A stretch of 64,000 bases of DNA from Bacilli bacterium (GCA_017542065.1 JAFXXX010000021.1:6650-70649); one strand, 5' to 3'. Counted from the first letter of the stretch, positions 30,838 through 40,327 are shown. The notes: generated from the sequence alone by a model not told the origin. Numbers and translations are program-made.

Positions 30838-32106
30838 TTATTCTTGATATTCAAATTCAAAGTCTAGAATTCTAACGATGTCTCCCTCTTTAGCACCCAT
30901 TGCTTTAAGTTCATCATCTACACCCATTCTTCTAAGTTTATTAGAAAATCTTCTAACACCCTCATCAGTAAACTTTGTCATTTTAAATAATTTTTCAATT
31001 TGATCACTCTTAATAACAAAAGCATTTCCATCTCTTACTATTTCAAATGGTTTTTCTTCTTTAAATTTATATAGAATATGACTTTCAAAGACTTCATCTT
31101 CATATAATTCTTCTTTATCTATAGTATCAAGTATATCTGCTACTCTAACTAGTACTTGATCAAGTCCTTCACCTTTAATAGCAGATATCTCAAATATCTC
31201 AGAATCTACTTTCTTTTTAAATTCTTCAAGGTTCTCTTTAGCGCTATCCATGTCCATCTTATTAGCAACTATTATTTCAGGTTTCTTTAATAGTTTCTTA
31301 TCAAAGTCTTCTAGTTCTTTTCTAATAACCATATAGTCTTCATAAGGATCTCTTCCTTCAATTGAAGCCATATCAATAACATGAACAATAACTCTAGTTC
31401 TTTCAATATGCTTTAAGAACTTATCTCCAAGACCTTCTCCTTTAGAAGCTCCTTCAATTAATCCAGGAAGATCTGCTACTGTAAACACTCTACCATCAAT
31501 AGTTTTAACAACTCCTAAATTAGGAACTAATGTTGTAAAATGATAATCTGCTATTTTAGCTTTACAAGCAGATATCTTAGAAATAATTGTTGATTTACCA
31601 ACTGATGGCATACCAACAAGTCCAACATCAGCAAGAAGTTTTAATTCTACCTTAATTCTTCTTTCTTCACCAGGTTCACCATTCTCAGAAAAATTAGGAG
31701 CAGTATTATTATGAGTCTTAAAGGCATAATTACCTCTTCCACCTCTACCACCTGTAGCTATAACTGCTTCATCTCCTACTTTAGTTAAATCAGCAATTAT
31801 AAGTCCAGTATTAACGTCTTCTACTACTGTTCCTTGTGGTACTTTAATAATAATATCCTCGGCATTTTTACCGTTCATATTTTTACCCATACCATTAGCA
31901 CCTTTTTTACCTTTAATCTCGTGCATGTATTTTAAATCTAATAAAGTACTTAGATTAGTATCTACTTTAAATATAATACTAGATCCTTTACCACCGTTTC
32001 CTCCATTAGGTCCTCCATCTGGAACGTATTTTTCTCTTCTAAAACTTGTACATCCATCTCCGCCATTACCTGCTTTAACGTCCATTACAACTTCATCGAC
32101 GAACAT
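30838..32106 (-). CDS. obg: GTPase Obg
   Basis: MFVDEV N-terminus, Gly-rich Obg fold, G1 GMPSVGKST, DLPGLIEGAS and a C-terminal TGS-like OCT domain. I place the start at ATG 32106, because the GTG start in the track lies inside the SD GAGGTG. Confidence 0.95.
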   Translation of the reverse strand: MFVDEVVMDVKAGNGGDGCTSFRREKYVPDGGPNGGNGGKGSSIIFKVDTNLSTLLDLKYMHEIKGKKGANGMGKNMNGKNAEDIIIKVPQGTVVEDVNTGLIIADLTKVGDEAVIATGGRGGRGNYAFKTHNNTAPNFSENGEPGEERRIKVELKLLADVGLVGMPSVGKSTIISKISACKAKIADYHFTTLVPNLGVVKTIDGRVFTVADLPGLIEGASKGEGLGDKFLKHIERTRVIVHVIDMASIEGRDPYEDYMVIRKELEDFDKKLLKKPEIIVANKMDMDSAKENLEEFKKKVDSEIFEISAIKGEGLDQVLVRVADILDTIDKEELYEDEVFESHILYKFKEEKPFEIVRDGNAFVIKSDQIEKLFKMTKFTDEGVRRFSNKLRRMGVDDELKAMGAKEGDIVRILDFEFEYQE

Positions 32107-32137
32107 AAATATCACCTCTTTTCTTCTTACAATTTTA

Positions 32138-32704
32138 TTACCACAAATGTGGACAACACATGACTAGTCTTTCTCTCTTTTGATACCAGTCAAGTGGTAA
32201 TTTTGCACTTGCTAGTGCATTTATTAATATTTCATAATCTTCTTTACCTAAAAAATCTCTAATGAATTCAGTATTAAGACATGCTGCATCAATTAAATGA
32301 TAGCATCTAAAATTTCTTAAAGTACATATTCCTCTATATGATAATCCTATATTAGTAATAGTAATATTAGAATTACTATCATTAACTTCAGGTGGATAAT
32401 CAGGTGCATTTCTAAGAACATCTAAGAAATATAATCTTAATGTCTTATGAACAACTAATTTCATTTTTCTAATACCAAATCTATGCTTATGCATTTCTTT
32501 TGCTATATGTGCATTATTTTTAACTTTAAATACACCTATTAAACATCTATATAGAAATGTTTCTTCCTTTGTTAAAGGAACAACTGTATCAATATCCAAA
32601 TTAAATATATCTGTTGCAAATCTTCTTGATTTTTCACATTCCATATCTGGATCATAAGTTCTAATCATTTTATACATGTCTACTAATTCTTGATTAATTT
32701 CCAT
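32138..32704 (-). CDS. hypothetical protein with RNA polymerase alpha-CTD-like helix-hairpin-helix
   Basis: 188 aa. The C-terminal GLSYRGICTLRNFRCYHLIDAACLNTEFIRDFLGKEDYEILINALASAKL fits the pattern LSxRxxNxLxxxxIxxxxDL...G.K...EI...L of the alpha-CTD. Confidence 0.6.
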   Translation of the reverse strand: MEINQELVDMYKMIRTYDPDMECEKSRRFATDIFNLDIDTVVPLTKEETFLYRCLIGVFKVKNNAHIAKEMHKHRFGIRKMKLVVHKTLRLYFLDVLRNAPDYPPEVNDSNSNITITNIGLSYRGICTLRNFRCYHLIDAACLNTEFIRDFLGKEDYEILINALASAKLPLDWYQKRERLVMCCPHLW

Positions 32705-32726
32705 AACTCTCCCCTGAAAGAACTAA

Positions 32727-33362
32727 TTAGTTCTTAAAATATGCATCTAAATAATAGATTTGTCTATGTTCCTTATAATATTCTTTTTCAAAATCTGTCA
32801 TTATATTTTCTATTCTTCTTTCATCTTTATGAAGATCCATAGAAACTGTTTCAAATGAATACCAATATTTACTTAAACTTTCAAGGGCTGAAGCAAATAA
32901 TATCTTATTATCTGTCTTAAGAATAATATGCTTATTCTTTTTAAATACTCTATCGTATGCTCTTAAGTATGATTCATGAGTAAATCTTTTTCTTTCATCT
33001 TGTTTTTTTGGCCAAGGTTCAGAAAAAGTTAAATATATAGTATTTATTTCTTTACCAAATATTTCAATAATATCTTTTGCATCGCAGTTAATAATCTTTA
33101 AGTTTTTAATATTACCTTTAATATTATTAGCAGCATAAGCAGCTTGATTCTTATCTAATTCAATACCAATGTAGTTAACTGTTGGATGAGCGAGTGCCAT
33201 ACCTATAATAAATGAACCTCTACCCATACCAAGTTCAAGCATAATTGGATTATTATTACCAAATACTTCACTCCATTTACCTTTATACTTTTCAGGATTT
33301 TTAACTACATAACTACTAGATTTTAATATTTCATCTGCATTTTTTACTATATTATAACGCAT
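32727..33362 (-). CDS. trmB: tRNA (guanine46-N7)-methyltransferase
   Basis: SAM-binding LELGMGRGSF and FSEPWPKK. 211 aa. Confidence 0.9.
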   Translation of the reverse strand: MRYNIVKNADEILKSSSYVVKNPEKYKGKWSEVFGNNNPIMLELGMGRGSFIIGMALAHPTVNYIGIELDKNQAAYAANNIKGNIKNLKIINCDAKDIIEIFGKEINTIYLTFSEPWPKKQDERKRFTHESYLRAYDRVFKKNKHIILKTDNKILFASALESLSKYWYSFETVSMDLHKDERRIENIMTDFEKEYYKEHRQIYYLDAYFKN

Positions 33363-33409
33363 ATTTATTCCTCCCTTATAAGTGAAAAAATATCATCAAA
33401 ATGATGATA

Positions 33410-33697
33410 TTATATTTCTTTATATACACTAACTTGTTTTTTATTTCTACCTTTTGATTCAAATTTTACATAACCATCAATTTTAGCAAATAAAGTATGA
33501 TCAACACCCATACCTACATTTTTAGCTGGATAAATTTTAGTTCCTCTTTGACGATATAAAATAGAACCAGCAGTAACAAATTCTCCGTCTGCTGCTTTAG
33601 CACCTAGTCTTCTACCTTCAGAATCACGTCCGTTGTGAGTAGAACCTTGAGCTTTAACGTGCGCAAACTTTTGTATATTTAAAAGCATTCTTAACAT
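33410..33697 (-). CDS. rpmA: 50S ribosomal protein L27 with N-terminal propeptide
   Basis: [32 protein letters not shown]. This is the Firmicute-type N-terminal extension ending in FA, ahead of the mature sequence. Confidence 0.95.
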   Translation of the reverse strand: MLRMLLNIQKFAHVKAQGSTHNGRDSEGRRLGAKAADGEFVTAGSILYRQRGTKIYPAKNVGMGVDHTLFAKIDGYVKFESKGRNKKQVSVYKEI

Positions 33698-33704
33698 AAC
33701 GCTG

Positions 33705-34001
33705 TTACCTCCTTATTATTTTTATATAATCACTATAATCGTTTTCTAATTCTCCAATTAGAAGAATCATATTATTAATAAGTTTTAAAACTATTTCATC
33801 TTGTTTTATAACTCTAATTTCAATTTTATTATCTAAATCACTATAATCAATTGCATCATTATCTATTTCAATAATAGCATTTATAGTAGTTATAACTATT
33901 GATGATACAGAAGCACATACAATGTCTTTTCCTTTTTCATCATAATTAGCATGTCCACTAATTGTTATAACATTTTCTTTAGTTAAATCTACCTTAATCA
34001 T
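33705..34001 (-). CDS. prp: ribosomal-processing cysteine protease Prp
   Basis: [19 protein letters not shown] provides the His/Cys dyad. 98 aa, between rplU and rpmA. Confidence 0.85.
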   Translation of the reverse strand: MIKVDLTKENVITISGHANYDEKGKDIVCASVSSIVITTINAIIEIDNDAIDYSDLDNKIEIRVIKQDEIVLKLINNMILLIGELENDYSDYIKIIRR

Positions 34002-34011
34002 TTTAACTCTC

Positions 34012-34314
34012 TTATTTTACTGAAATTGTTTTAATAACAACTTTAGTATAAGGTTGTCTATGACCTTGAGTTTTGTGGTAGTTACATTTTTGTCTATATT
34101 TAAATATAGTTACTTTTCTTTGTTTACCTTGTTTAACTATTTCTGCAGTTACTTTAGCTCCATCAACATATGGATGACCAATTTTATCATCAATCATAAG
34201 AACTTTATCAAATGTAACTTTATCTTTTTCTTTACCTTCTAGTTTTTCAACAAAGATTTCAGTTCCTTCAGTAACAGTATATTGTTTACCACCAGTTTCA
34301 ATAATTGCTTTCAT
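34012..34314 (-). CDS. rplU: 50S ribosomal protein L21
   Basis: [12 protein letters not shown]... HRQPYTKV. 100 aa. Confidence 0.95.
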   Translation of the reverse strand: MKAIIETGGKQYTVTEGTEIFVEKLEGKEKDKVTFDKVLMIDDKIGHPYVDGAKVTAEIVKQGKQRKVTIFKYRQKCNYHKTQGHRQPYTKVVIKTISVK

Positions 34315-34452
34315 TTAGTACCTCCTTTTTTTATTTCCTTAAGACTCGCCTATAGATGGTAGCTAAGCTTTAAAACCATGTTTCGTGCGGTTGTAACGAA
34401 GGAAGTCATTACAAACATAAGTAATTTTATCACTAAAGGGTGCTATTGTCAA
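34315..34452 (-). promoter_or_regulatory. rplU promoter plus ~110-nt structured 5' leader (L21-leader-like)
   Basis: TTGACA (34452-34447), a 17-nt spacer and TAAAAT. The leader is locally more GC-rich, with self-complementary segments (e.g. TGTAA/TTACA), before the AAGGAGG SD. Confidence 0.45.
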
Positions 34453-34494
34453 TGATTTTTCCTTATTTTACAAAGAAAAAGAATAGTTTTTAAA

Positions 34495-34896
34495 CTACTC
34501 TTTTTCTCCTTTTTTTGTACTTGGTTTTTTAGTTAAACCACCTTTTACATCTGATGAATCACCCTCTGGTTTATATTCTTTCTCTAATGAAGCAAAACGA
34601 TTAGATAATTCTTCAAAACCTATAGAATTTTGTCTATTAAATTCTTCATATATATCGTTACCAAATAGTTTTATTTGATGATCTTCATCCACTAGTAAAG
34701 TATCATGACCTTTAACACATATATCCATTACAAGTTTAAGAAAAGGGACACCCATTTGATTGTGACTTTCTTTAGTAAAATAACAACTAAATGGTGTACC
34801 TGTAATTACTTCTACAAATGGCATATCATTTATATCAGTAAATAAATAACTACCTAAATCAACTGAATAGTCATCTAGATTTCTTTCACCTTTCAA
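34495..34896 (-). CDS. hypothetical protein (133 aa); possibly the 3' part of a frameshifted gene
   Basis: The ORF opens only with TTG and has no recognisable SD. It continues the upstream ORF in the -1 frame. Its acidic/basic tail ends KKPSTKKGEKE, and a terminator hairpin follows. Confidence 0.45.
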   Translation of the reverse strand: MKGERNLDDYSVDLGSYLFTDINDMPFVEVITGTPFSCYFTKESHNQMGVPFLKLVMDICVKGHDTLLVDEDHQIKLFGNDIYEEFNRQNSIGFEELSNRFASLEKEYKPEGDSSDVKGGLTKKPSTKKGEKE

Positions 34897-34925
34897 TTTT
34901 TTAAACTCTTTTTCATAGCCTTCTT

Positions 34926-35336
34926 TTAAATGTTTAATACTAGCTTTATAAAAAATTTATTATGAGGTAAACAACCATTTAAAACAGTATTTCTTATAAA
35001 ATTTAATTCATTTTGAGTACTATCTTGTGACTTAACATATGTAACTATTTCTTCTTTAGTAGCTTTTACTAAACTATTAATATCAACAAACAAATTAGGA
35101 TAATCAAAACCATTACGCAAATCCATAGATTCTAATTTGTTTCTATCTATAGACCCCATTCTTTTAGAAGTTGATAATTCAATGTAAGAATCATTCATTG
35201 AAGTTGGACTAACTAAATATTTTCCAACTAATTTAACTCTTTCTTGAATATCTTTATCTTTATTTCTATAATCTAAAGCATAAATGTCTGCAAAATAATA
35301 ACTTCTAGGTTTTCTTCTTTCCACAAGTCGTATCAT
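34926..35336 (-). CDS. hypothetical protein (136 aa); possibly the 5' part of a frameshifted gene
   Basis: It has its own TTGACA-17-TAATAT promoter and SD AGAGGGG, directly after the xseB terminator. I recognise no family. Confidence 0.6.
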   Translation of the reverse strand: MIRLVERRKPRSYYFADIYALDYRNKDKDIQERVKLVGKYLVSPTSMNDSYIELSTSKRMGSIDRNKLESMDLRNGFDYPNLFVDINSLVKATKEEIVTYVKSQDSTQNELNFIRNTVLNGCLPHNKFFIKLVLNI

Positions 35337-35406
35337 AATTTACCCCTCTTTCAAAGCATAGATATATTACTATTTATAATCATTTTTGTCAAATAAAAAA
35401 GAAGAA

Positions 35407-35637
35407 TTATTCTTCTTCTAAACCTTTGAATTCTTCAAGTTCTCCGTTTTCTTTTAGAATCTTATTAACAGCTTTAGTAGCACTATCTAATTTAACGCTG
35501 CATTCTTTAGCTATTTTCATAGCTTCAGTATATTTATTAATAGCATCATCAAGATCTACTTCACCATTTTCAAGTTCTCTAACTATTAATTCTAATTCTT
35601 CTAATTTTTCTTCAAAACTCTTTTCTTTAGTAGCCAT
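35407..35637 (-). CDS. xseB: exodeoxyribonuclease VII small subunit
   Basis: FEEKLEELELIVRELENGEVDLDDAI. 76 aa, directly after xseA. Confidence 0.9.
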   Translation of the reverse strand: MATKEKSFEEKLEELELIVRELENGEVDLDDAINKYTEAMKIAKECSVKLDSATKAVNKILKENGELEEFKGLEEE

Positions 35638-35638
35638 A

Positions 35639-36835
35639 TTAATTCTCCTTTACTTCTTTAATATTACTAATTAAATATCCATCTTTAATATCTACTCTAA
35701 TTTCATCATTAACTTTAACATCTTTAATAGATGATATAACTTTATTATCTTTTTTAGTTACTGAGTATCCTCTTTTTAGAGTATTTAATGGATTTAATAC
35801 TTCTAGTTTTTCAACTATATGATCATATTTTATAGTTTTCTTATCAAGTACTACTTTTATAAATGTATTTAATCTATCTATATCATTAGATAATTTTTCT
35901 TCTTTTATTTGATAAATAGACATTGGATTTTTAAGTATATAACTTTCTTTTAATTTATTTAGTTTAAGTCTATTACTGTCTATTAAAGAAAGTATATTCT
36001 TATTTAATCTTTTTTCCATTTGATTAATAACACTTATTAAATCAGTTTTATTTGGAACACACATTTCTGCTGCTGCAGTAGGAGTTTCTGCTCTTCTATC
36101 TGCAACAAAGTCTGCTATAGTGAAATCTATTTCATGACCTACTGCACTAATAATTGGAGTTTCACAAGCATATATTGCTCTTGCAACTATTTCTTCATTA
36201 AATGCCCAAAGGTCTTCAATAGAACCTCCACCTCTACCACATATAATTACATCAAGATTATAAGTATCTGCTAATTTAATATTTTTAACTATATCATCTT
36301 TAGCATCTTTACCTTGAACTAGTGAAGGAAATAATATTACTTCACATAGAGGATATCTTCTATTGATAGTAGACATTATATCTCTTACAGCAGCTCCTGT
36401 AGGAGCAGTTATAACACCTACTCTTTTAGGTATTCTTGGTATAGGTTTTTTATGTTCAGGTTTAAATAAACCTTCTTTTTCTAAATCTTTTTTTAGCTTT
36501 TCATATAACTCAAATAGATTACCTATTCCATCTTCTTTTATTTCACTAACATATATTTGATAATTTCCAGTTTGTTCAAATACTGATACTTTACCTTTAA
36601 CTAATACCTTCATTCCATCTTGAATTTCAAAATTAACTTTTGAAGCATTAGATGCAAACATAATAGCATTTATTCTACTTTCTTCATCTTTAATAGTGAA
36701 ATAAAAATGACCCCTAGTATGTTTTTTAAAGTTAGATATTTCTCCCTTTAAACATACTTCTTGAAGATTTGGGTCATTATCTAATCTATATTTAATATAA
36801 CGAGTTAAAGCACCAACTGTTATATACTCATTCAT
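35639..36835 (-). CDS. xseA: exodeoxyribonuclease VII large subunit
   Basis: N-terminal OB fold (GHFYFTIKDEESRINAIMF) and catalytic region GRGGGSIEDLWAFNEE. Confidence 0.92.
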   Translation of the reverse strand: MNEYITVGALTRYIKYRLDNDPNLQEVCLKGEISNFKKHTRGHFYFTIKDEESRINAIMFASNASKVNFEIQDGMKVLVKGKVSVFEQTGNYQIYVSEIKEDGIGNLFELYEKLKKDLEKEGLFKPEHKKPIPRIPKRVGVITAPTGAAVRDIMSTINRRYPLCEVILFPSLVQGKDAKDDIVKNIKLADTYNLDVIICGRGGGSIEDLWAFNEEIVARAIYACETPIISAVGHEIDFTIADFVADRRAETPTAAAEMCVPNKTDLISVINQMEKRLNKNILSLIDSNRLKLNKLKESYILKNPMSIYQIKEEKLSNDIDRLNTFIKVVLDKKTIKYDHIVEKLEVLNPLNTLKRGYSVTKKDNKVISSIKDVKVNDEIRVDIKDGYLISNIKEVKEN

Positions 36836-37232
36836 TTTTATTATCCTCGTGATAAATACTATCTAAAACTGCATTAATCATATTTTTAACTTTTTCATCA
36901 GAATATTCTTTAGCAAGTTCTACAGCTTCATTAATAGCTACTACTTCAGGAGTATCTGTATAACATAGTTCATAAATACCAATTCTAAGAATAGCTTGGT
37001 CTACTTTAGAAAATCTATCAATAGTCCAATCTTTTAAATTCTTATTAGCTATTTTATCTATATCATTTTTATTATCTAATACACCAAATACTATTTCATT
37101 AACAAATTCATTTTCTATTTCCATGTTTTCTTTAATTACATCTTTTATATCATAATTAATCTTATCTTCTTCGTATAAGAAAATTTGATATAAAATAGTC
37201 ATTATTTTTCTTCTTAATTCAGATCTGTTCAT
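36828..37232 (-). CDS. nusB: transcription antitermination factor NusB
   Basis: MNRSELRRKIMTILYQ and DQAILRIGIYEL. 134 aa. Confidence 0.9.
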   Translation of the reverse strand: MNRSELRRKIMTILYQIFLYEEDKINYDIKDVIKENMEIENEFVNEIVFGVLDNKNDIDKIANKNLKDWTIDRFSKVDQAILRIGIYELCYTDTPEVVAINEAVELAKEYSDEKVKNMINAVLDSIYHEDNKNE

Positions 37233-37284
37233 CTTTCATCACCTAAAGAAATTTTAACATAAATCAAAAAAAAATTCTATATTA

Positions 37285-37797
37285 TTAGAATTCTTTTCTT
37301 ATTAATGAAACAATATTTGATATTATTGCACATACAAATAGGAATGTTAGGACTCCTAGTAGTGCCATCAATAAATATATTGAAGTTTTTTCTTTTTTAA
37401 TATTATAGTTAGTAAAGTATTTATTACTTACTTTAATCTTGTTTTCTTCTTCAATAGATGTTTTTAATTCCTTAGACATTGTATCTTCATCTTTAATAAT
37501 TCCACATACTTTATCAGATAAAGAAGTTCCTTTAGTTAATACTGATATAAAGTTATTATCTCCATAAGTAGATACATAAACAATAGAATCTGTTTTATCT
37601 TCTTTAAACCTAGTCATTTTAGAATCTTTTAAATCAATACATACAAATCTTTGATTATCATAATATTTATTAAATGATTTAACACTAGTTATTTCTTTTT
37701 TATTATATAAATCATTTATATATGGATTTGTAATAAATGTCATAACTAAAAATATAATACATATAACATATAAAACTATATTAATTATTCTCTTCAT
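37285..37797 (-). CDS. hypothetical membrane protein (N- and C-terminal TM helices)
   Basis: 170 aa with TM segments at both ends. It overlaps the mutS stop by 17 nt. Confidence 0.55.
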   Translation of the reverse strand: MKRIINIVLYVICIIFLVMTFITNPYINDLYNKKEITSVKSFNKYYDNQRFVCIDLKDSKMTRFKEDKTDSIVYVSTYGDNNFISVLTKGTSLSDKVCGIIKDEDTMSKELKTSIEEENKIKVSNKYFTNYNIKKEKTSIYLLMALLGVLTFLFVCAIISNIVSLIRKEF

Positions 37798-40327
37798 TTT
37801 CTAACTCCTTTTTCATTCTATATAATTCATTTAAAGCATCTATTGGTGTTAATTTAAGAATATCCATGTTTTTGATTTCTTCTTCGATTTTAGATTCTTT
37901 AGAGAAATCTAAGTTTAATTCTAACTGTGATGGTTTAATTGAATTTGATTTATCATTATCTTCATAAGTTTTAAGTATTTCATTAGCTCTTTCTATTAAA
38001 CTTTCTGGTAAATGTGCAAGTTTAGCAACATGTATACCATATGATTTATCTATAGATCCCTCTTTAATCTTATGAAGGAATACTAAATTACCATTTTCTA
38101 AGCTAGCAGATACATGTACATTTTTTAAATGTGGTAATGTAGTTTCAAGGTCTGTTAATTCATGATAATGTGTTGAGAAGAATGTTTTTGCTTTTACATT
38201 ATTATGGATATATTCTATGATAGCTGCTGCTAAACTCATACCATCAAATGTAGCAGTTCCTCTTCCAAGTTCATCAAATAATATTAAACTATCTTTAGTA
38301 GCATGTTTTAATGCTCTATTAGCTTCACTCATTTCTACCATGAATGTTGATTCACCAGATACAAGGTCATCTGATGCTCCAATACGAGTAAATATCTTAT
38401 CAAATATTGGAATATTAGCAGAAGTTGCAGGAACAAAACATCCCATTTGAGCCATTATAGATATAATAGCCATTTGTCTCATATAAGTTGATTTACCAGC
38501 CATATTAGGACCTGTTATAAGCATAACTAGATCATCTTGATCAAAGTATATATCGTTAGATATAAACTCACTATCTAATACTTTTTCTATTACAGGATGT
38601 CTTCCTTCTTTAATATCTATAATATGTTCTTCATTAAGAACTGGTCTTACATAATTATTTCCTTCAGATACTAAAGCTAGTGATGAAAGTACATCTATTT
38701 CAGATAGAACTGAAGATAAACCTTGAAGTGCAGGAATATATTCTTTTACTTTATTTCTGATTTCTATAAACATTTCATATTCCATATTTATAATCTTTTC
38801 TTCTGCTCCTAAGATTAAAGCTTCTTTTTCTTTTAATAAAGGTGTAACAAATCTTTCAGCATTAGCTAAAGTTTGTTTTCTTTCATAACCATATTCTTCT
38901 TTTATATCTTTAATAGCACCCTTAGATACTTCTATGTAGTATCCAAATACCTTATTAAATCCAAGTTTAAGTGTCTTAATACCTGTTCTTTGTCTTTCTT
39001 CATTTTCTAGCTTAGATATAAAGTCTTTATTATTCTTTCTAGCATCTTTTATCTCATCTAATTCAGGATTATAACCTTCTTTAATTAGATAACCTTCTTT
39101 TAAAGATATTGGTGCATCTTCATAAATAGATTTATCTAATAATTCATAAAGATCAGTAAATGTATTTATTTCTTCAAAACCTAGTTTCTTTAAAATATCA
39201 TTTATATCAGGTAATACTGATAAAGATGTTTTAAGCCAAAGTAGATCTCTTGCATTAGCAGATGAGAAACCTATTCTACCTACTAATCTTTCTAAGTCAT
39301 AAATAGATGATAAATTTTCTCTTAGTTCATCTTTAAGAAGAAATTCTTTCATAAGAACTTCAATTTTATCATATCTTTTTTCTATTTCTTTTTTATCTGT
39401 TAATGGATTTAATATAAAACTCTTTAGTTTTCTAGAACCCATAGCAGTCTTAGTTTTATCAAGTAACCAAAGAAGTGAATATCTTCTTTCTTTAGTTCTT
39501 ATATTCTCTGTTAATTCTAGATTTCTTTTAGTATTAATATCCATTTGCATAAATGAATTTTCATTTACTATATTAACTGGTCTTAAATAATCTAATGATC
39601 TTTTTTGACTAGTTTCTAGATAACTAATTAAGTTATTAACAGCCTTTATTACTCTTTCGTCTTCTATAGATGAATAAAGCTTAGAATAATCATTTTCTAA
39701 ATTCTCATTATTATAAATAGATATAGTTAAGTTATAAGTTTTTCTTATTTTATCTAATACTAATCTATCAAAATCAGATTTAATTACAATCTCTTTTATA
39801 TTTCTTTGAAGAATTTCATTTCTTAGTTTTTCTTCATCTTTTTCTATTATAAATGCATTTAATTCTCCAGTAGTTATATCTGAATAAGCAATTGAATAAG
39901 CATATCCTAAATCAAGAATATAACCTATATAGTTATTTTCTTTTTCATCAAGAGATTCTGAGTTCATTTTTGTTCCTGATGAAACAACTTGAATAATATC
40001 TCTTTTTACTAAACCTTTAGCAAGTTTTGGATCCTCTACTTGTTCACAAATAGCTACTTTATAACCCATTTCAATAAGTTTATTTATATAACCTTCCGCA
40101 GCATGAAAAGGAATACCACACATAGGTACTCTTTCATCTAATCCACAGTTCTTACCTGTTAAAGTAAGTTCTAGTAAATTAGATACATTTATTGCATCCT
40201 CAAAAAACATTTCATAGAAATCACCAAGTCTAAAAAATAGTATATTATCTTCATTCTCTTTTTTGATATCAATATACTGTTTCATCATTGGGGATATCTT
40301 AGTTAAATCTACGTCATCTATATGCAT
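37781..40327 (-). CDS. mutS: DNA mismatch repair protein MutS
   Basis: SPMMKQYIDIK, Walker A GPNMAGKST and DELGRGT. 848 aa. Confidence 0.96.
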   Translation of the reverse strand: MHIDDVDLTKISPMMKQYIDIKKENEDNILFFRLGDFYEMFFEDAINVSNLLELTLTGKNCGLDERVPMCGIPFHAAEGYINKLIEMGYKVAICEQVEDPKLAKGLVKRDIIQVVSSGTKMNSESLDEKENNYIGYILDLGYAYSIAYSDITTGELNAFIIEKDEEKLRNEILQRNIKEIVIKSDFDRLVLDKIRKTYNLTISIYNNENLENDYSKLYSSIEDERVIKAVNNLISYLETSQKRSLDYLRPVNIVNENSFMQMDINTKRNLELTENIRTKERRYSLLWLLDKTKTAMGSRKLKSFILNPLTDKKEIEKRYDKIEVLMKEFLLKDELRENLSSIYDLERLVGRIGFSSANARDLLWLKTSLSVLPDINDILKKLGFEEINTFTDLYELLDKSIYEDAPISLKEGYLIKEGYNPELDEIKDARKNNKDFISKLENEERQRTGIKTLKLGFNKVFGYYIEVSKGAIKDIKEEYGYERKQTLANAERFVTPLLKEKEALILGAEEKIINMEYEMFIEIRNKVKEYIPALQGLSSVLSEIDVLSSLALVSEGNNYVRPVLNEEHIIDIKEGRHPVIEKVLDSEFISNDIYFDQDDLVMLITGPNMAGKSTYMRQMAIISIMAQMGCFVPATSANIPIFDKIFTRIGASDDLVSGESTFMVEMSEANRALKHATKDSLILFDELGRGTATFDGMSLAAAIIEYIHNNVKAKTFFSTHYHELTDLETTLPHLKNVHVSASLENGNLVFLHKIKEGSIDKSYGIHVAKLAHLPESLIERANEILKTYEDNDKSNSIKPSQLELNLDFSKESKIEEEIKNMDILKLTPIDALNELYRMKKELENEENN

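Noticed and set aside
30759-30860. The ORF track gives N-terminal extensions to several genes. Affected genes are the 644-aa protein, obg (32115), mraZ (13996), murT (51855), the 71-aa ORF (49541) and priA (62575).
   Set aside because: In each case a strong SD precedes an internal ATG, and for obg, murT and the 71-aa ORF the track start is a GTG lying inside that SD (GAGGTG/AGGTGA). For the 644-aa ORF the extension would run through the obg terminator and its own promoter. I used the internal ATG starts instead.
32138-32704. The 188-aa gene lies directly upstream of obg, as Spo0B (192 aa) does in the Bacillus spo0B-obg arrangement.
   Set aside because: I see no similarity to the Spo0B four-helix-bundle His-phosphotransfer sequence as I recall it, and there is no sporulation context in the window. 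A positional coincidence is not evidence.
34940-34960. Programmed -1 ribosomal frameshifting at A-UUU-UUU between the two orphan ORFs.
   Set aside because: The heptamer is not a canonical X-XXY-YYZ site in the zero frame. I see no downstream stimulatory hairpin or pseudoknot and no internal SD. A homopolymer error or a pseudogene is the simpler explanation. It is kept as a minor alternative in the finding.
37285-40327. mutS is not followed by mutL. A small membrane protein and nusB follow instead.
   Set aside because: mutL may simply be elsewhere in the genome. Absence cannot be judged from one window.
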